Under the pieces are notes generated by a model. It was not told the DNA's origin and searched no databases. It worked only from the letters and a program-made list of their open reading frames with translations. Shown here in pieces: positions 47,255 to 57,660 of a stretch of 64,000 nt of DNA. Each line of letters begins with the position of its first letter. Position 1 is the first letter of the stretch. Source of the DNA: Oscillospiraceae bacterium. Its GTDB lineage: Bacteria; Bacillota; Clostridia; UMGS1883; UMGS1540. The DNA is taken from contig SVJY01000005.1 in NCBI GenBank assembly GCA_015068765.1, forward strand, positions 1,968 through 65,967. Direction: 5' to 3'. The position numbers and the translations under genes were made by a program.

Positions 47255-47297
47255 ATAAAAAAAACTGAAGGCGTAAGTCAACCTTCTGACTTACGCC
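47255..47297 (-). terminator. Strong rho-independent terminator (minus strand)
   Basis: Minus strand reads GGCGTAAGTCA-GAAGGT-TGACTTACGCC followed by TTCAGTTTTTTTT. It probably ends the long minus-strand sugar operon. Confidence 0.65.
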
Positions 47298-47527
47298 TTA
47301 ACCCGATTCATTCGGCATATACCTGTGGTATATCATGGATATAATATATAATTGAAATTGTTAACTTTTCCAAAAGCCATCGTATTCGCCAGAGAGCAAA
47401 GCTTATTGCAAAGGAAGAATTTAAAGTGTTCGGTAAAACCGCCCGTGCAGAACGAAAGAAATGCTATAACGGCGAAATCACCCTCGAACAGTTCCAAACC
47501 CAGCTGCTTTGATTTTTTCAGTTCCTC

Positions 47528-48361
47528 TTAGTCTTCCAGGAACTTGCTGAGATAATCATAGTTTTGTTTTGCGCTTACAGCATTGGAAACAGGCGGACGA
47601 TCAAATTCTATACAAAGCGGTCCGCTATAGTTTACAGATTCCAAGATTCTGAATATTTCAGGGAAATCAATTGTCCCGTCTCCAAGTGCATGGAAGCAGG
47701 TCATAACCGGGACGTTAGAATCAACCCAACCGGAATCAGTGACATCGTCACCCATTTTAAAATCTTTAAGATGCGTGAAATTTATTCTATCTGCGTACTG
47801 TCTTATCATTTCCACCGGGTTTCCGCCTGCCGCACAGATGTGTGCAGTATCGGGCGCAAAGTAGATAAGATCTCTGTCCGAATTCTGCATAACATAATGA
47901 ATATCTTCTTCAAACATAAAATACGTATATACATGAGGATGTGCATCTGTGGCAAGACCAAATGTTTTCGCAATTTTAGCAAATCTTACCATATTCTTAA
48001 GGTTATATTCGTGTTCCTTCTCCCCCATTACTTGGGGACGGTCATATGTTCCTTGCAAGGTAACTCTGTCCACGCCCATCTCCGCTGCAAACTGCAGCTC
48101 CCTTTCAAGGTTATTGAACAATTCTTCATCCTCACGTCCCGGTGCCGGAATATGGAAATAAAAGCTTTCTGCTTTCAGTCCGTATTTATCAAGCATAGCT
48201 TTATATTCTTTCGCATTAAGGTCATATGCATACATTGCACCTTTTACGCTCTCAAAGCTTTTGTATCCAATTTCCGTAATTTCCTTAGCCGCAAGTTCTG
48301 CTTGTTCCTTTGTCTCGGTCCCCCAGGGCCATATTGCATATGCCATTTGTGTTTTTTTCAT
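47528..48361 (-). CDS. Sugar phosphate isomerase/epimerase (xylose-isomerase-like TIM barrel)
   Basis: 277 aa. The pattern of conserved E/D/H metal ligands (ESF..., DAHPH, FAPDTAHI, THLKDF, IEFD) fits the AP_endonuc_2/XI-like TIM fold. Confidence 0.8.
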   Translation of the reverse strand: MKKTQMAYAIWPWGTETKEQAELAAKEITEIGYKSFESVKGAMYAYDLNAKEYKAMLDKYGLKAESFYFHIPAPGREDEELFNNLERELQFAAEMGVDRVTLQGTYDRPQVMGEKEHEYNLKNMVRFAKIAKTFGLATDAHPHVYTYFMFEEDIHYVMQNSDRDLIYFAPDTAHICAAGGNPVEMIRQYADRINFTHLKDFKMGDDVTDSGWVDSNVPVMTCFHALGDGTIDFPEIFRILESVNYSGPLCIEFDRPPVSNAVSAKQNYDYLSKFLED

Positions 48362-48485
48362 GTTATTACACCTCTCTATATTTTTTGTAATCTTATTATA
48401 TTGATTTTCTATTAGAAATTCAAGGCCATATCTTCTTTAAAAAACCGCAAAAATTCACATTAATCGTTTGGTTTCAGTTTTATAT

Positions 48486-49430
48486 TTATGCTTCCACTTC
48501 CGAAATCGTCGGCATAGCATTGATAGCACCGCGTCTTCCGATGCAGACGCCTGCTACCTTTGCTGCAAAATGAGCGAAACTTTTTACTTCTTCCAAAGAA
48601 AGTGCCGCCGGCTTTTTGCCGCTTTGAGAAAGGCAATATAAAAATCCGCCCATAAAGGCATCCCCGGCACCCGTTGTATCTACGGGTTTACCGCCTTCTG
48701 CCGACACATGCACATGTCCTTCTTTTGTGAAGACATAGCCGCCTTCGCCGCCGCAGGTTACAAGGGCAACTTTTATGCCCTGTTCCACCAGTGCTTTTCC
48801 GGCTTCTTTCACGCCTGCAAAATCTGTCAGGAGCGCCGTTTCCTCATCGGAAATCTTGACGACATCCGCATAAGGAAGCAGGCTACGCATTTCCTGTTTT
48901 GCCGTTTCTTCGTCCTTCCAGAGAGAAGCACGGTAATTCGGGTCATAGGAAACGATTACGTCTTCTTTTTTGGCAAATTCCAGTGCCGCAAGGCTTGCGC
49001 TTTTCACAGGCTCATCCGTAAGAGAAAGAGAACCGATATGGAAAATACGGCTTTCACGGATTCTTTCATAATCCACTTCTTCTTTTGTAAGAAGGGTATC
49101 TGCCCCCGGCTTCCTTGCAAAGGAAAAGCTTCGTTCGCCGTCTTTTAGTGCCACGAAGGCAAGGGTGGTAAACCCCTCTTCCGTTTCGATAAGCCCACGG
49201 GTATCAATGCCGCAGTTTTCTACTGTTTCCCGAAGGAATGTGCCATGCATATCCTTTCCCACTTTGCCGATAAACGCGGCACTTCCACCGAGATGTGCCA
49301 CGGCAGAAAGTACGTTTGCCGGCGCACCGCCGGGATTTTGTTCAAATAGACGTGCGCCGTTTTCGCTTGTGCCACTTTCGGTAAAATCAATTAAAATTTC
49401 ACCGAGGGCCGTCACATCAAACTTTTTCAT
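48486..49430 (-). CDS. PfkB-family carbohydrate kinase (fructokinase-like)
   Basis: 314 aa. ALGEILIDFT...GGAPANV at the N-terminus and the C-terminal DTTGAGDAF anion-hole motif. Confidence 0.85.
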   Translation of the reverse strand: MKKFDVTALGEILIDFTESGTSENGARLFEQNPGGAPANVLSAVAHLGGSAAFIGKVGKDMHGTFLRETVENCGIDTRGLIETEEGFTTLAFVALKDGERSFSFARKPGADTLLTKEEVDYERIRESRIFHIGSLSLTDEPVKSASLAALEFAKKEDVIVSYDPNYRASLWKDEETAKQEMRSLLPYADVVKISDEETALLTDFAGVKEAGKALVEQGIKVALVTCGGEGGYVFTKEGHVHVSAEGGKPVDTTGAGDAFMGGFLYCLSQSGKKPAALSLEEVKSFAHFAAKVAGVCIGRRGAINAMPTISEVEA

Positions 49431-49439
49431 GTTGCCACC

Positions 49440-50018
<579 letters not shown>

Positions 50019-52457
50019 CTATACTTCCAGTATTTTCAATTCATGTTTTACAAATGCAAGCTTTATTTTCTGATTTTGTTTTACAAATGATATGACTGCT
50101 TCGGTATCCGTATCCCGGCTATTATATACTGTCAGTTCAAACTTATCTCCTTTTTTCCGTACAGACGACAGAAGAATATCCTGATTGTCTATGAAAATGC
50201 CACTTTCCTGTTTTTCGCCGTCACCGGACGGGAAGAACGACAGCGCACGCGGTTTTTCATTAAATACCTGTGCAGCACAGGAAGGATTTTCTTCCGCTGT
50301 GAGGCGGAACGAAAATTCTCTTTTTCCTGTGTCGATGCGATCTATAAACCTGTCACGAGGGGCATATTCCCTTTTCCATCTTACCTCGCCATCTGCATCC
50401 AATGTGCCGATGGGATGTGCAGAATATACGGGTGTTCTTAAGAGAGAAAGCTTCATGCAGTTTTCCGTAAAGCTTCCTCCATAAGTGCCTTCGTTCAGGA
50501 CATATACATTTCCTCCCTCACCTTTTATGCCGCACCATTTATGAAACACAGATTCGCGTTCTTCTTTATCGAGAATCTCCGCACCAAACGCCGTTTCGCC
50601 CCAGGGTACACCTTTCACAGAGGTGTCAAGACGGTATTTTATCATTTTATTCGGCGCAGTTGAAAATATTTTTATGTTTATGTCGATTGTCTTGCCGTTT
50701 TTAGGTAATGTATATTGTACCATTGCCACAGATTTCCCAAAGACGAAAAACGCCTGCACTATCGTTCGGACAGCACCATCTTCCACAATACGAACATTCG
50801 GCATCGTCTCATCCGGATAACCTAAAAATGCGTTTACTTCGGCATCTGTCATTAACGCAAATCGACCTTCAAGGTCAGTAAACCCGTCTACATTCATTGC
50901 CCACGGATCCTCGTCGTCCCGATAAACCTCAAGTACGCCGCTTTCTTTTATATACGTCTTTCCACTTACCTCGAAAAGATCGATAAGACCGGTTTTTTTA
51001 CTGATACGCGCCGTCATTTTTTCATTTTTGATTTCAATGCAGTCTCCTGCACCTTGTTCGCAATGGATTACCGTACTCGAAAAACGATTTATCTCGTTTT
51101 CGTCTGCCTTTATCGTTTCAAGCTTACAGTTAAATCGCGTAACCTTGGACGGTTCGAGCTTGCCGCGGAAACACACTTTCTTTGTCCAGTCCATATTAAA
51201 CGAGCTTTCCGGCTTTTCATTTTGCGTAGGAAGCCTGTTCCCATTTGCATCATATACCGTACCAACTGTAATTTCATCATCCTTACGGTTTTGGCTTTGC
51301 AAAATAAAATCGACCTCGAATTCTCCCTCAATGGCAAAGGGATGCGGATTAAACACCATAATCGGAATTGTACCATCTTCCGCTTTCACCTCACCGTCGC
51401 AGAGTCGCATAAAGGCTTTATTATAAAGTTTGTCCGTAATTTCTTCCGCATAACTGAGAGTATGGAGCGCATCTTCTTCTGCGGACTTGATTGCCGTTCC
51501 AGGGAGAATATCATGAAACTGACAAAACGCAAGCGCCTTTTTCGCTTTTTGTAATTCCTGTACGTCAAAGTCAAAATCCTGATTCATCTGTACATAGCTT
51601 ATAATCTTTTCCGTTTCAGCAATTTTATTTTCCACGCGTCTGTTTGCCTGTTTAATACGCACCATAGTCGTATAACATCCAACAGCAAACGGAATCAGCG
51701 GTTTATTGCAGACCGCAAGATTAGCCTTGTCCGTTTCCTCTATATATGCATCACCTGACGAATGTATAATCTGTACATCTGACTCTTTTATAAATGCATC
51801 GATATTTTCCAGATCAATTTTAGAAGGGCCACCGCCGTGATTGCCAATTCCCCAAAGACAGAGTCCTGTATCTGTGTCTACCGAAAGAGCACCCTGTACC
51901 TTTTCCAATGCTTTTCCTCTTGGCGATGCATACGCTCTGTATGCACCATGTGTCAATATTTTGCTTCCATCGTATCCTTCCCAAAGGAAATCAATCCCAG
52001 GGTTAAGCCATGCAGGTCTGCCGATTATGTATCCTTCATATCCGGTTTTCTTAAGAATCTGCACAAGCCCTCTCGAGTGTCCGAAAGAGTCAACATTAAA
52101 TGCTGTTTTTGTCTCCACTCCGAATTTTTCCTTAAAATAAGTCTGTCCTATCCGTATTTGCGAAAGAAGACTTTCTCCGGAAGGCATTATACAGTCAGAC
52201 TGCAAATACCAACCACCTACAATGACCCATTTTTTCTTTTGGATAAGCTTCTTAATCCGTTCAAACAGTTTCGGCTCGTACTCTTCAATCCATTCATACA
52301 AAAGTGCTTCGTTGTGATTAAATACAAATCCATCATATTTTTCACAAAAATCTGCCGCCACCCGAAAAGTAGAAATTGCTTCTGCGGCACCTGCATTCCA
52401 TCGCCAGAGCCATGCAGGGTCAAGATGTGCATTACATAGTAAATGAAGTTTTTTCAT
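50019..52457 (-). CDS. GH38 alpha-mannosidase (short cytoplasmic form)
   Basis: 812 aa. CNAHLDPAWLWRW, VGGWYLQSDCIMPSGESLLSQIRIG and FNVDSFGHSRGLVQILKKTGY (nucleophile Asp region) are typical of the GH38 N-domain. Confidence 0.85.
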   Translation of the reverse strand: MKKLHLLCNAHLDPAWLWRWNAGAAEAISTFRVAADFCEKYDGFVFNHNEALLYEWIEEYEPKLFERIKKLIQKKKWVIVGGWYLQSDCIMPSGESLLSQIRIGQTYFKEKFGVETKTAFNVDSFGHSRGLVQILKKTGYEGYIIGRPAWLNPGIDFLWEGYDGSKILTHGAYRAYASPRGKALEKVQGALSVDTDTGLCLWGIGNHGGGPSKIDLENIDAFIKESDVQIIHSSGDAYIEETDKANLAVCNKPLIPFAVGCYTTMVRIKQANRRVENKIAETEKIISYVQMNQDFDFDVQELQKAKKALAFCQFHDILPGTAIKSAEEDALHTLSYAEEITDKLYNKAFMRLCDGEVKAEDGTIPIMVFNPHPFAIEGEFEVDFILQSQNRKDDEITVGTVYDANGNRLPTQNEKPESSFNMDWTKKVCFRGKLEPSKVTRFNCKLETIKADENEINRFSSTVIHCEQGAGDCIEIKNEKMTARISKKTGLIDLFEVSGKTYIKESGVLEVYRDDEDPWAMNVDGFTDLEGRFALMTDAEVNAFLGYPDETMPNVRIVEDGAVRTIVQAFFVFGKSVAMVQYTLPKNGKTIDINIKIFSTAPNKMIKYRLDTSVKGVPWGETAFGAEILDKEERESVFHKWCGIKGEGGNVYVLNEGTYGGSFTENCMKLSLLRTPVYSAHPIGTLDADGEVRWKREYAPRDRFIDRIDTGKREFSFRLTAEENPSCAAQVFNEKPRALSFFPSGDGEKQESGIFIDNQDILLSSVRKKGDKFELTVYNSRDTDTEAVISFVKQNQKIKLAFVKHELKILEV

Positions 52458-52472
52458 AACCTGTCTCTCCTA

Positions 52473-53555
52473 TTATTTAAATGAAAGAAAACGACTCTGA
52501 ATCTCTGAAGTTACCACAATTCCTTTTTGGAAAAACCCACTGTCGGGATCATTGAGTCCAAGTGCGTCCGGCGTCTTTCCGACAAAGTCAGCACTGCAGC
52601 CCTTTATGTCGGCACCTGCATCCGTTATCGTTACAATTGCATAAAGCGGGTTGTCATACGGAATAACGTGACGGATATCCGGGAATTTCTCATCAATTTC
52701 CGCACTGTATTTCCCTAATTCTGCATAACCGGTTCCTACCCACATACAGGAAATACTGTTCAGATTCAGAAAATATGTGCCGTCTACATAGTCTAGTGTA
52801 TCACGATGCTCATGCCCATTAATAGCAAGCGGCACACCATTCGGAGCTTTTTTGAGAATTTCACGTAATTCGTCAGCATTTTTAATGGAAGCGTATCCTT
52901 CCGTTAAACGCTGATGAGAAAATAACACGGCAGGAAACTTTGTTTCTGCCAAATCTTTTTCAAGCCAGGCAAGCTGTGCATCGGGCAGATACGGAATACA
53001 TTTAGGGAAATCAAAATAGTTTCCGTTTTCATAAGAAACATACTTCCCGTCCACTTTTCCGTAGTTTGCATCCAAAACCACAAAATGTACACCGCCATGG
53101 TCAAAAGAATAATAGGCGCTTTCTCTATTCCAGTAAGATAAAATTTGTTTTTTGGAACAAACATCACATTCGTGGTTGCCGATTGTATGATAAGTGGGCT
53201 TTTCAAAATCCTCATACATTTTCAAAATTTTTTCTTTATCTACCTGTGCAATACCGTTTAGCGCACTTTGCACATTTGCCGGAATGTTTTCCGGTTTACA
53301 AATACATTTTCTGTCTGCATCGGGGTATACATAATCCCCAAGGTGTACGGCAAAGTCAACATTTTCCTTTTTGCAGACTTCTATAAATTCAGCCATGCGC
53401 GCTTCGCCGTCATGCATGATATCAATATGTAAATCTGCAAATATACCAAATTTTACGTTCAAACTCTTTTCCTCCAATCGTTCATTTATAAGTTTTGCCA
53501 CATCCTTTTGACCAGAAACTGAAAACCCGGATATCTTTTCCGTAAGCAGAATCAT
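52473..53555 (-). CDS. Calcineurin-like metallophosphoesterase (paralog of 23966-24889)
   Basis: 360 aa. GIFADLH, HLGDYV, GNHE and NGHEH motifs. 15-nt gap to the GH38 gene. Confidence 0.8.
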   Translation of the reverse strand: MILLTEKISGFSVSGQKDVAKLINERLEEKSLNVKFGIFADLHIDIMHDGEARMAEFIEVCKKENVDFAVHLGDYVYPDADRKCICKPENIPANVQSALNGIAQVDKEKILKMYEDFEKPTYHTIGNHECDVCSKKQILSYWNRESAYYSFDHGGVHFVVLDANYGKVDGKYVSYENGNYFDFPKCIPYLPDAQLAWLEKDLAETKFPAVLFSHQRLTEGYASIKNADELREILKKAPNGVPLAINGHEHRDTLDYVDGTYFLNLNSISCMWVGTGYAELGKYSAEIDEKFPDIRHVIPYDNPLYAIVTITDAGADIKGCSADFVGKTPDALGLNDPDSGFFQKGIVVTSEIQSRFLSFK

Positions 53556-53560
53556 TTTTA

Positions 53561-53610
53561 CCGCAACAAAAGTCCGGCAGACAACACTTCATCCCGTTAT
53601 CAGCCGGACT
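53561..53610 (-). terminator. Weak terminator-like hairpin after the DegT gene
   Basis: AGTCCGGC-N24-GCCGGACT followed on the minus strand by TTTGTTG. The long loop lowers confidence. Confidence 0.3.
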
Positions 53611-53625
53611 TTAAAAATCAATTAC

Positions 53626-54783
53626 TTAACCTCTGATTTCACGGATAAGGTTCTCCACTTCTACATCACTCATGTCGGGATGCAACCCGGTATATACGGT
53701 TCTTTCGAGGAGATCAAGCGTTTTCGGACACATATCCGGTTTATAATCGGGTATGATGTCACGGTTTGCTTCCATCTTAAACGGATCCATTAAAGGATGA
53801 ATTGAACCGCGTTTTTCCATAATGGCCGTCCAGTTTGTATAAATATGTTTACCCGTATCAATCGGAATCGTGTTTCCAAAGGAAACTCTATCCGAAAAGG
53901 CTTTAGCTTCCTCTTTCGTATCAAAACGCATCGCTAATGTTATGCCTAAATCACCGTCCGGATCATTGGACGGAATGAAGGTACGCACATCTTTACATGC
54001 ATCAATGACTCTCTTCTTAATACGACGTAAATCCGTAAGAATACCGTCTAATCTTGAAATCTGCACGCGGAGCACCGCAGAATTCAGTTCATTTGTTCTG
54101 TACTCAACACCGGCAAACATGGGTTCAGAGAAAGATTCCATCTGGTTGCCGAAAAATGCCACCGCACTTGCATCATGATAAATCAAAGCACGCTGGAAGA
54201 GAACATCTTCGTTTGTTAGAAATGCACCACCCTCACCGCAGCTGATTACCTTCATCTGATTAAAGCTGTATGCACCTGCATCGCCGATGGTCCCCAGTCT
54301 GCGACCTTTATAAGAACCACCGTCTGCCTGACAGGCATCCTCCACGATTTTCAGGTTATATTTCTTTGCCAGGGCACAAAGCGCATCCATATTGCAAGGA
54401 AAGCCCTGAATATGTACCGGCATAATTGCCTTTGTGTACGGCGTAATCTTCTTTTCCGTATCTACAGGGTCGAGCGTAAGTGTTTCATCACATTCCGCAA
54501 TTACAGGGATTGCCCCTACTGCCACTACTGCCAACGCCGTGGCAATATACGTATATGCCGGAACGATAACTTGGTCGCCAGGGCCAATCCCCAGTGCCGC
54601 AAGTGCTGAAATCAGCGCTGCCTTACCGCTTGTCATTAAAATTGCATGCTTTGCACCAACTTTTTCTTTGAGTTCTGTTTCAGCTTTTTCTGTTTCCTTT
54701 AAGCCATTATTTACCTTAAAAAAAGTTTTTGCATCAATTACGCGTGCTACCGCATCTTTTTCTTCCTGTCCGAGTCTATACAT
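53626..54783 (-). CDS. DegT/DnrJ/EryC1/StrS-family PLP-dependent sugar aminotransferase
   Basis: 385 aa. TSGKAALISAL, DQVIVPAYTYIAT and the PLP-lysine context YSFNQMKVISCGEGGA. Confidence 0.85.
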   Translation of the reverse strand: MYRLGQEEKDAVARVIDAKTFFKVNNGLKETEKAETELKEKVGAKHAILMTSGKAALISALAALGIGPGDQVIVPAYTYIATALAVVAVGAIPVIAECDETLTLDPVDTEKKITPYTKAIMPVHIQGFPCNMDALCALAKKYNLKIVEDACQADGGSYKGRRLGTIGDAGAYSFNQMKVISCGEGGAFLTNEDVLFQRALIYHDASAVAFFGNQMESFSEPMFAGVEYRTNELNSAVLRVQISRLDGILTDLRRIKKRVIDACKDVRTFIPSNDPDGDLGITLAMRFDTKEEAKAFSDRVSFGNTIPIDTGKHIYTNWTAIMEKRGSIHPLMDPFKMEANRDIIPDYKPDMCPKTLDLLERTVYTGLHPDMSDVEVENLIREIRG

Positions 54784-54797
54784 TTTTTGTCCTCCTT

Positions 54798-57554
54798 TTA
54801 TCTATAAACAATTGTCATGAGCGGCGTATAGGTTCTTGCCATAAATAATATTTTATCCCCAATCTCCACGTCTTCCTTGGAGATGGCCTCCACGCTGTTC
54901 TTTTGTTTATCAAACAAATATATCAGATTTGTATAATACATAGTGGATTTTACGCTTATATCCGATGCCTTATCCAGCTGTGCATCATACAGATTTACAT
55001 TTGCCATGAATCCGTATTTTGTGAAATCACAGACTTCGCCGTAGGACATAAGTCTATCACTGTAATTTTTAAGAACTGTGGTGGGCTTTATGGTCCCAAG
55101 CAGGGAGTCTTTTTCGTAATTTGCCGGATAATGACCCCGGAACAGAACACAGAGCTGCACTGCCCAATTATTGGAATCCACGACATAGTATATCACGTCG
55201 CCCGGTTCTATATCCTGTATGCCTATCCTTGCCGGTCTTACGCCGCCTACACAAACCGGATCCTTACTACGATCTGTAGCTGCTTCACCGAACAGAACCT
55301 CAAAATCGTTGTCAGCCGTTACTGTCAGGCTACCGCCGCCCTCCGGCCGGAGAACAAGTTTCGATATGCTCCCCCCTGTGCTTTCATCCAGAGCGGTGGA
55401 TACACTTTCCACAAGAGCCAGTTTTGTCCCCGATATCATATACTCGGTGACGTCTCTTTCGTCCCTTCTGTCCCAGACTAGTACGGAAACCACCTCATCC
55501 TCTCCAATATCATAAAGTGCGATATCGTCATAGATTTCGGTGCCGTCCGTTCCGTGTTTCATCGAATCCCAGCTTTTTGTGTAGTAATCCTTTTCTTCAC
55601 CGGAACCCGGCAGAACAAAGATAACCGTTTCACTCCGGACGAGCCAGTTTCTTCCGAAGGCTTTCATATTGCCACCGATGAAGATTGTGTACTCATCCGT
55701 TCCGTTGTCCAGCTTGTAGCCCGGCTTAATGTATGCATCAAGGCTGAAATCCTCTACTCTGTTTGGACTATTAAAATTATGTCTATAGTCTGTTGCTGTT
55801 TCAACAGAAGAAATCTTTTCGCCGTTTTTCTCATATTTGATGAGCTGCTCGAGGATTACGCCACCGCTTTTCAGCGGACTTGTATCTGCCAGAATTTCTG
55901 CCGCATCCCCATCATGTCCGTTTAGCGTCACCTTATCCATACAGTCCAGTACTTCAACCTTACCCTCATGGGTGAAAAGCCGAAGTTGCGGACGGGAATC
56001 AAGTCCCTTTGTCATGGCGGCATTCAAAAGCCAAGCATAATATGCCGTCGCGGCAGTATCGGTATTCACCGCCGCAACATGACCGAACATGTCAAGGGAA
56101 AATGCCGCCTCTGTTCCAAGTCGAGGCATCTCAAAATCGGGTATCTCTATCAGGCTTTTTGCCACAGGATACTCTGTTTCTCCTATCGTGACAGAATCCA
56201 CAGAAATTTCCGAAAGCGTTCCCGTTACAATGTTGCTTGTTAAAACTACTTTTCTATATTTTCCGTTTGCACTTTCTGCCAAGGAAAGTACATCCCATTC
56301 CTTGCATGCGCTTATATCTGCCGCCGTTCCGTCAGAAAGTGTAAACACAGTGGGAATCGTATTATTGAATGAAATACTTCTCTCCGGCGTGCGGTTTTCA
56401 AGCACGGCAACCGTCATCCTAGAACTTGCAACCCGTTCAACAACGTAGTTTTCATAGCTTTCCACGATAACATATTCTACGCTTCCGCCTTTAGAAATCA
56501 GCTTCACGCTTCCCGTTTCCGGCTGAAGCGCCGCCGCAGAGGGCGTCCGGGGCTCGCCGTTTACAATCACCTGTGCGCCTTGGATGGAGATTCTCTCTGT
56601 TTTCGCATCGCGCTCAAAGCAGAACGTGTTGCCGGTTGTCTCCGCTAAAATTTCGTGGCTATGCACCGTTTCGACCGTGGACTTAGAAGTTAAAGCCAGC
56701 ATGGAAAGGCTACCGTCCGCCTCTTCCTTTACGTAAGCCACAATATGTTCACCGAGTCTTTTGTCTGCATCTGTCGCACCGATGGCTATCGTTTGCCCGC
56801 TTAGCACAACCTCATCCGTGCGAAGGCTTCTTCCCGGTGCGGCAATTTCCTGTGCATAGGTTGCCGTAACCACGCCTTCCATAAGCTTTATGTGCAGATA
56901 ATATGAAAGCGGCGTACGAAGTGCGTCCTCTTCAAATGTATAAGAATCATCACCGTAGCTTGTAGGCTTCAGCATTTCCGTATCCAGTGCATTGTAGAGA
57001 AGCATCGACATATCACCGCGGCATAATTCTCCGCCGCCGATTTCGTCCACGCCATTTAAAATTCCCAGCTGCACGGCACAGCTTACGTAGCCTGCCGGAT
57101 AACCGCCTGCAGCTTCCGCCTTTACGGTATATCCAAGAAGATTTATGACCATTTTGATGGCTTGCTCTCCCGTCACCGGTGCATCCGGCATAAACTCCGT
57201 TTCACTTACGCCATGTATAATGCCGAGACTATACGCTGTCGTAACATAGTAGTACGCCCAATGCTCGTACGGGACATCCGCAAAGCAGTCCCGTTCCTCC
57301 GCCCAGTCCTCGATTCCCATCATGCGGACGATCATTGCAACCATCTCCGCACGGGTAACATTTCCGGGTGCGTCAAATTCTCCGTTTTCCCGTCCTTCTA
57401 CGATACCAAGATTATAAAGCACCGAAACGGCCTTTTCATATTTTGTGCCTGCAACATCCTCAACGGTTGCTGCAAAGGGAGAAATACTGCTGACGGTGGT
57501 GCAGAAAAGCACCACTGCCAAAAGTATGCTCCAAAAAATCTTGTTTATTCTCAT
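54798..57554 (-). CDS. Secreted cell-wall-anchored protein S2: signal peptide, N-terminal triple SLH and ~750-aa unknown body (paralog of S1)
   Basis: The track ORF runs to 57713, overlapping P3. I start it at MRINKIFWSILLAVVLFCTTV (ATG ending at 57554), which gives a proper signal peptide with a GGGGA RBS. SLH repeats follow. The body aligns with S1 (LLYNALDTE..., LSYYL..., C-terminal ...VYR). Confidence 0.8.
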   Translation of the reverse strand: MRINKIFWSILLAVVLFCTTVSSISPFAATVEDVAGTKYEKAVSVLYNLGIVEGRENGEFDAPGNVTRAEMVAMIVRMMGIEDWAEERDCFADVPYEHWAYYYVTTAYSLGIIHGVSETEFMPDAPVTGEQAIKMVINLLGYTVKAEAAGGYPAGYVSCAVQLGILNGVDEIGGGELCRGDMSMLLYNALDTEMLKPTSYGDDSYTFEEDALRTPLSYYLHIKLMEGVVTATYAQEIAAPGRSLRTDEVVLSGQTIAIGATDADKRLGEHIVAYVKEEADGSLSMLALTSKSTVETVHSHEILAETTGNTFCFERDAKTERISIQGAQVIVNGEPRTPSAAALQPETGSVKLISKGGSVEYVIVESYENYVVERVASSRMTVAVLENRTPERSISFNNTIPTVFTLSDGTAADISACKEWDVLSLAESANGKYRKVVLTSNIVTGTLSEISVDSVTIGETEYPVAKSLIEIPDFEMPRLGTEAAFSLDMFGHVAAVNTDTAATAYYAWLLNAAMTKGLDSRPQLRLFTHEGKVEVLDCMDKVTLNGHDGDAAEILADTSPLKSGGVILEQLIKYEKNGEKISSVETATDYRHNFNSPNRVEDFSLDAYIKPGYKLDNGTDEYTIFIGGNMKAFGRNWLVRSETVIFVLPGSGEEKDYYTKSWDSMKHGTDGTEIYDDIALYDIGEDEVVSVLVWDRRDERDVTEYMISGTKLALVESVSTALDESTGGSISKLVLRPEGGGSLTVTADNDFEVLFGEAATDRSKDPVCVGGVRPARIGIQDIEPGDVIYYVVDSNNWAVQLCVLFRGHYPANYEKDSLLGTIKPTTVLKNYSDRLMSYGEVCDFTKYGFMANVNLYDAQLDKASDISVKSTMYYTNLIYLFDKQKNSVEAISKEDVEIGDKILFMARTYTPLMTIVYR

Positions 57555-57660
57555 TGCTTCAGTCCCCATTTTAAAGATAATATAGTACGTACTTTTTCCG
57601 TGTTTACCTTTTTTCTTTTCCCTTCGCTTTTTATACCGGCCTGCCGTCCTATGAAAAGGC

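Noticed and set aside
47564-48415. 283-aa plus-strand ORF mirroring almost the full length of the 277-aa minus-strand gene
   Set aside because: The minus-strand product has clear xylose-isomerase-like TIM-barrel motifs and sits in an operon context. The plus-strand product is Phe/Cys/Ile-rich with no recognisable features.
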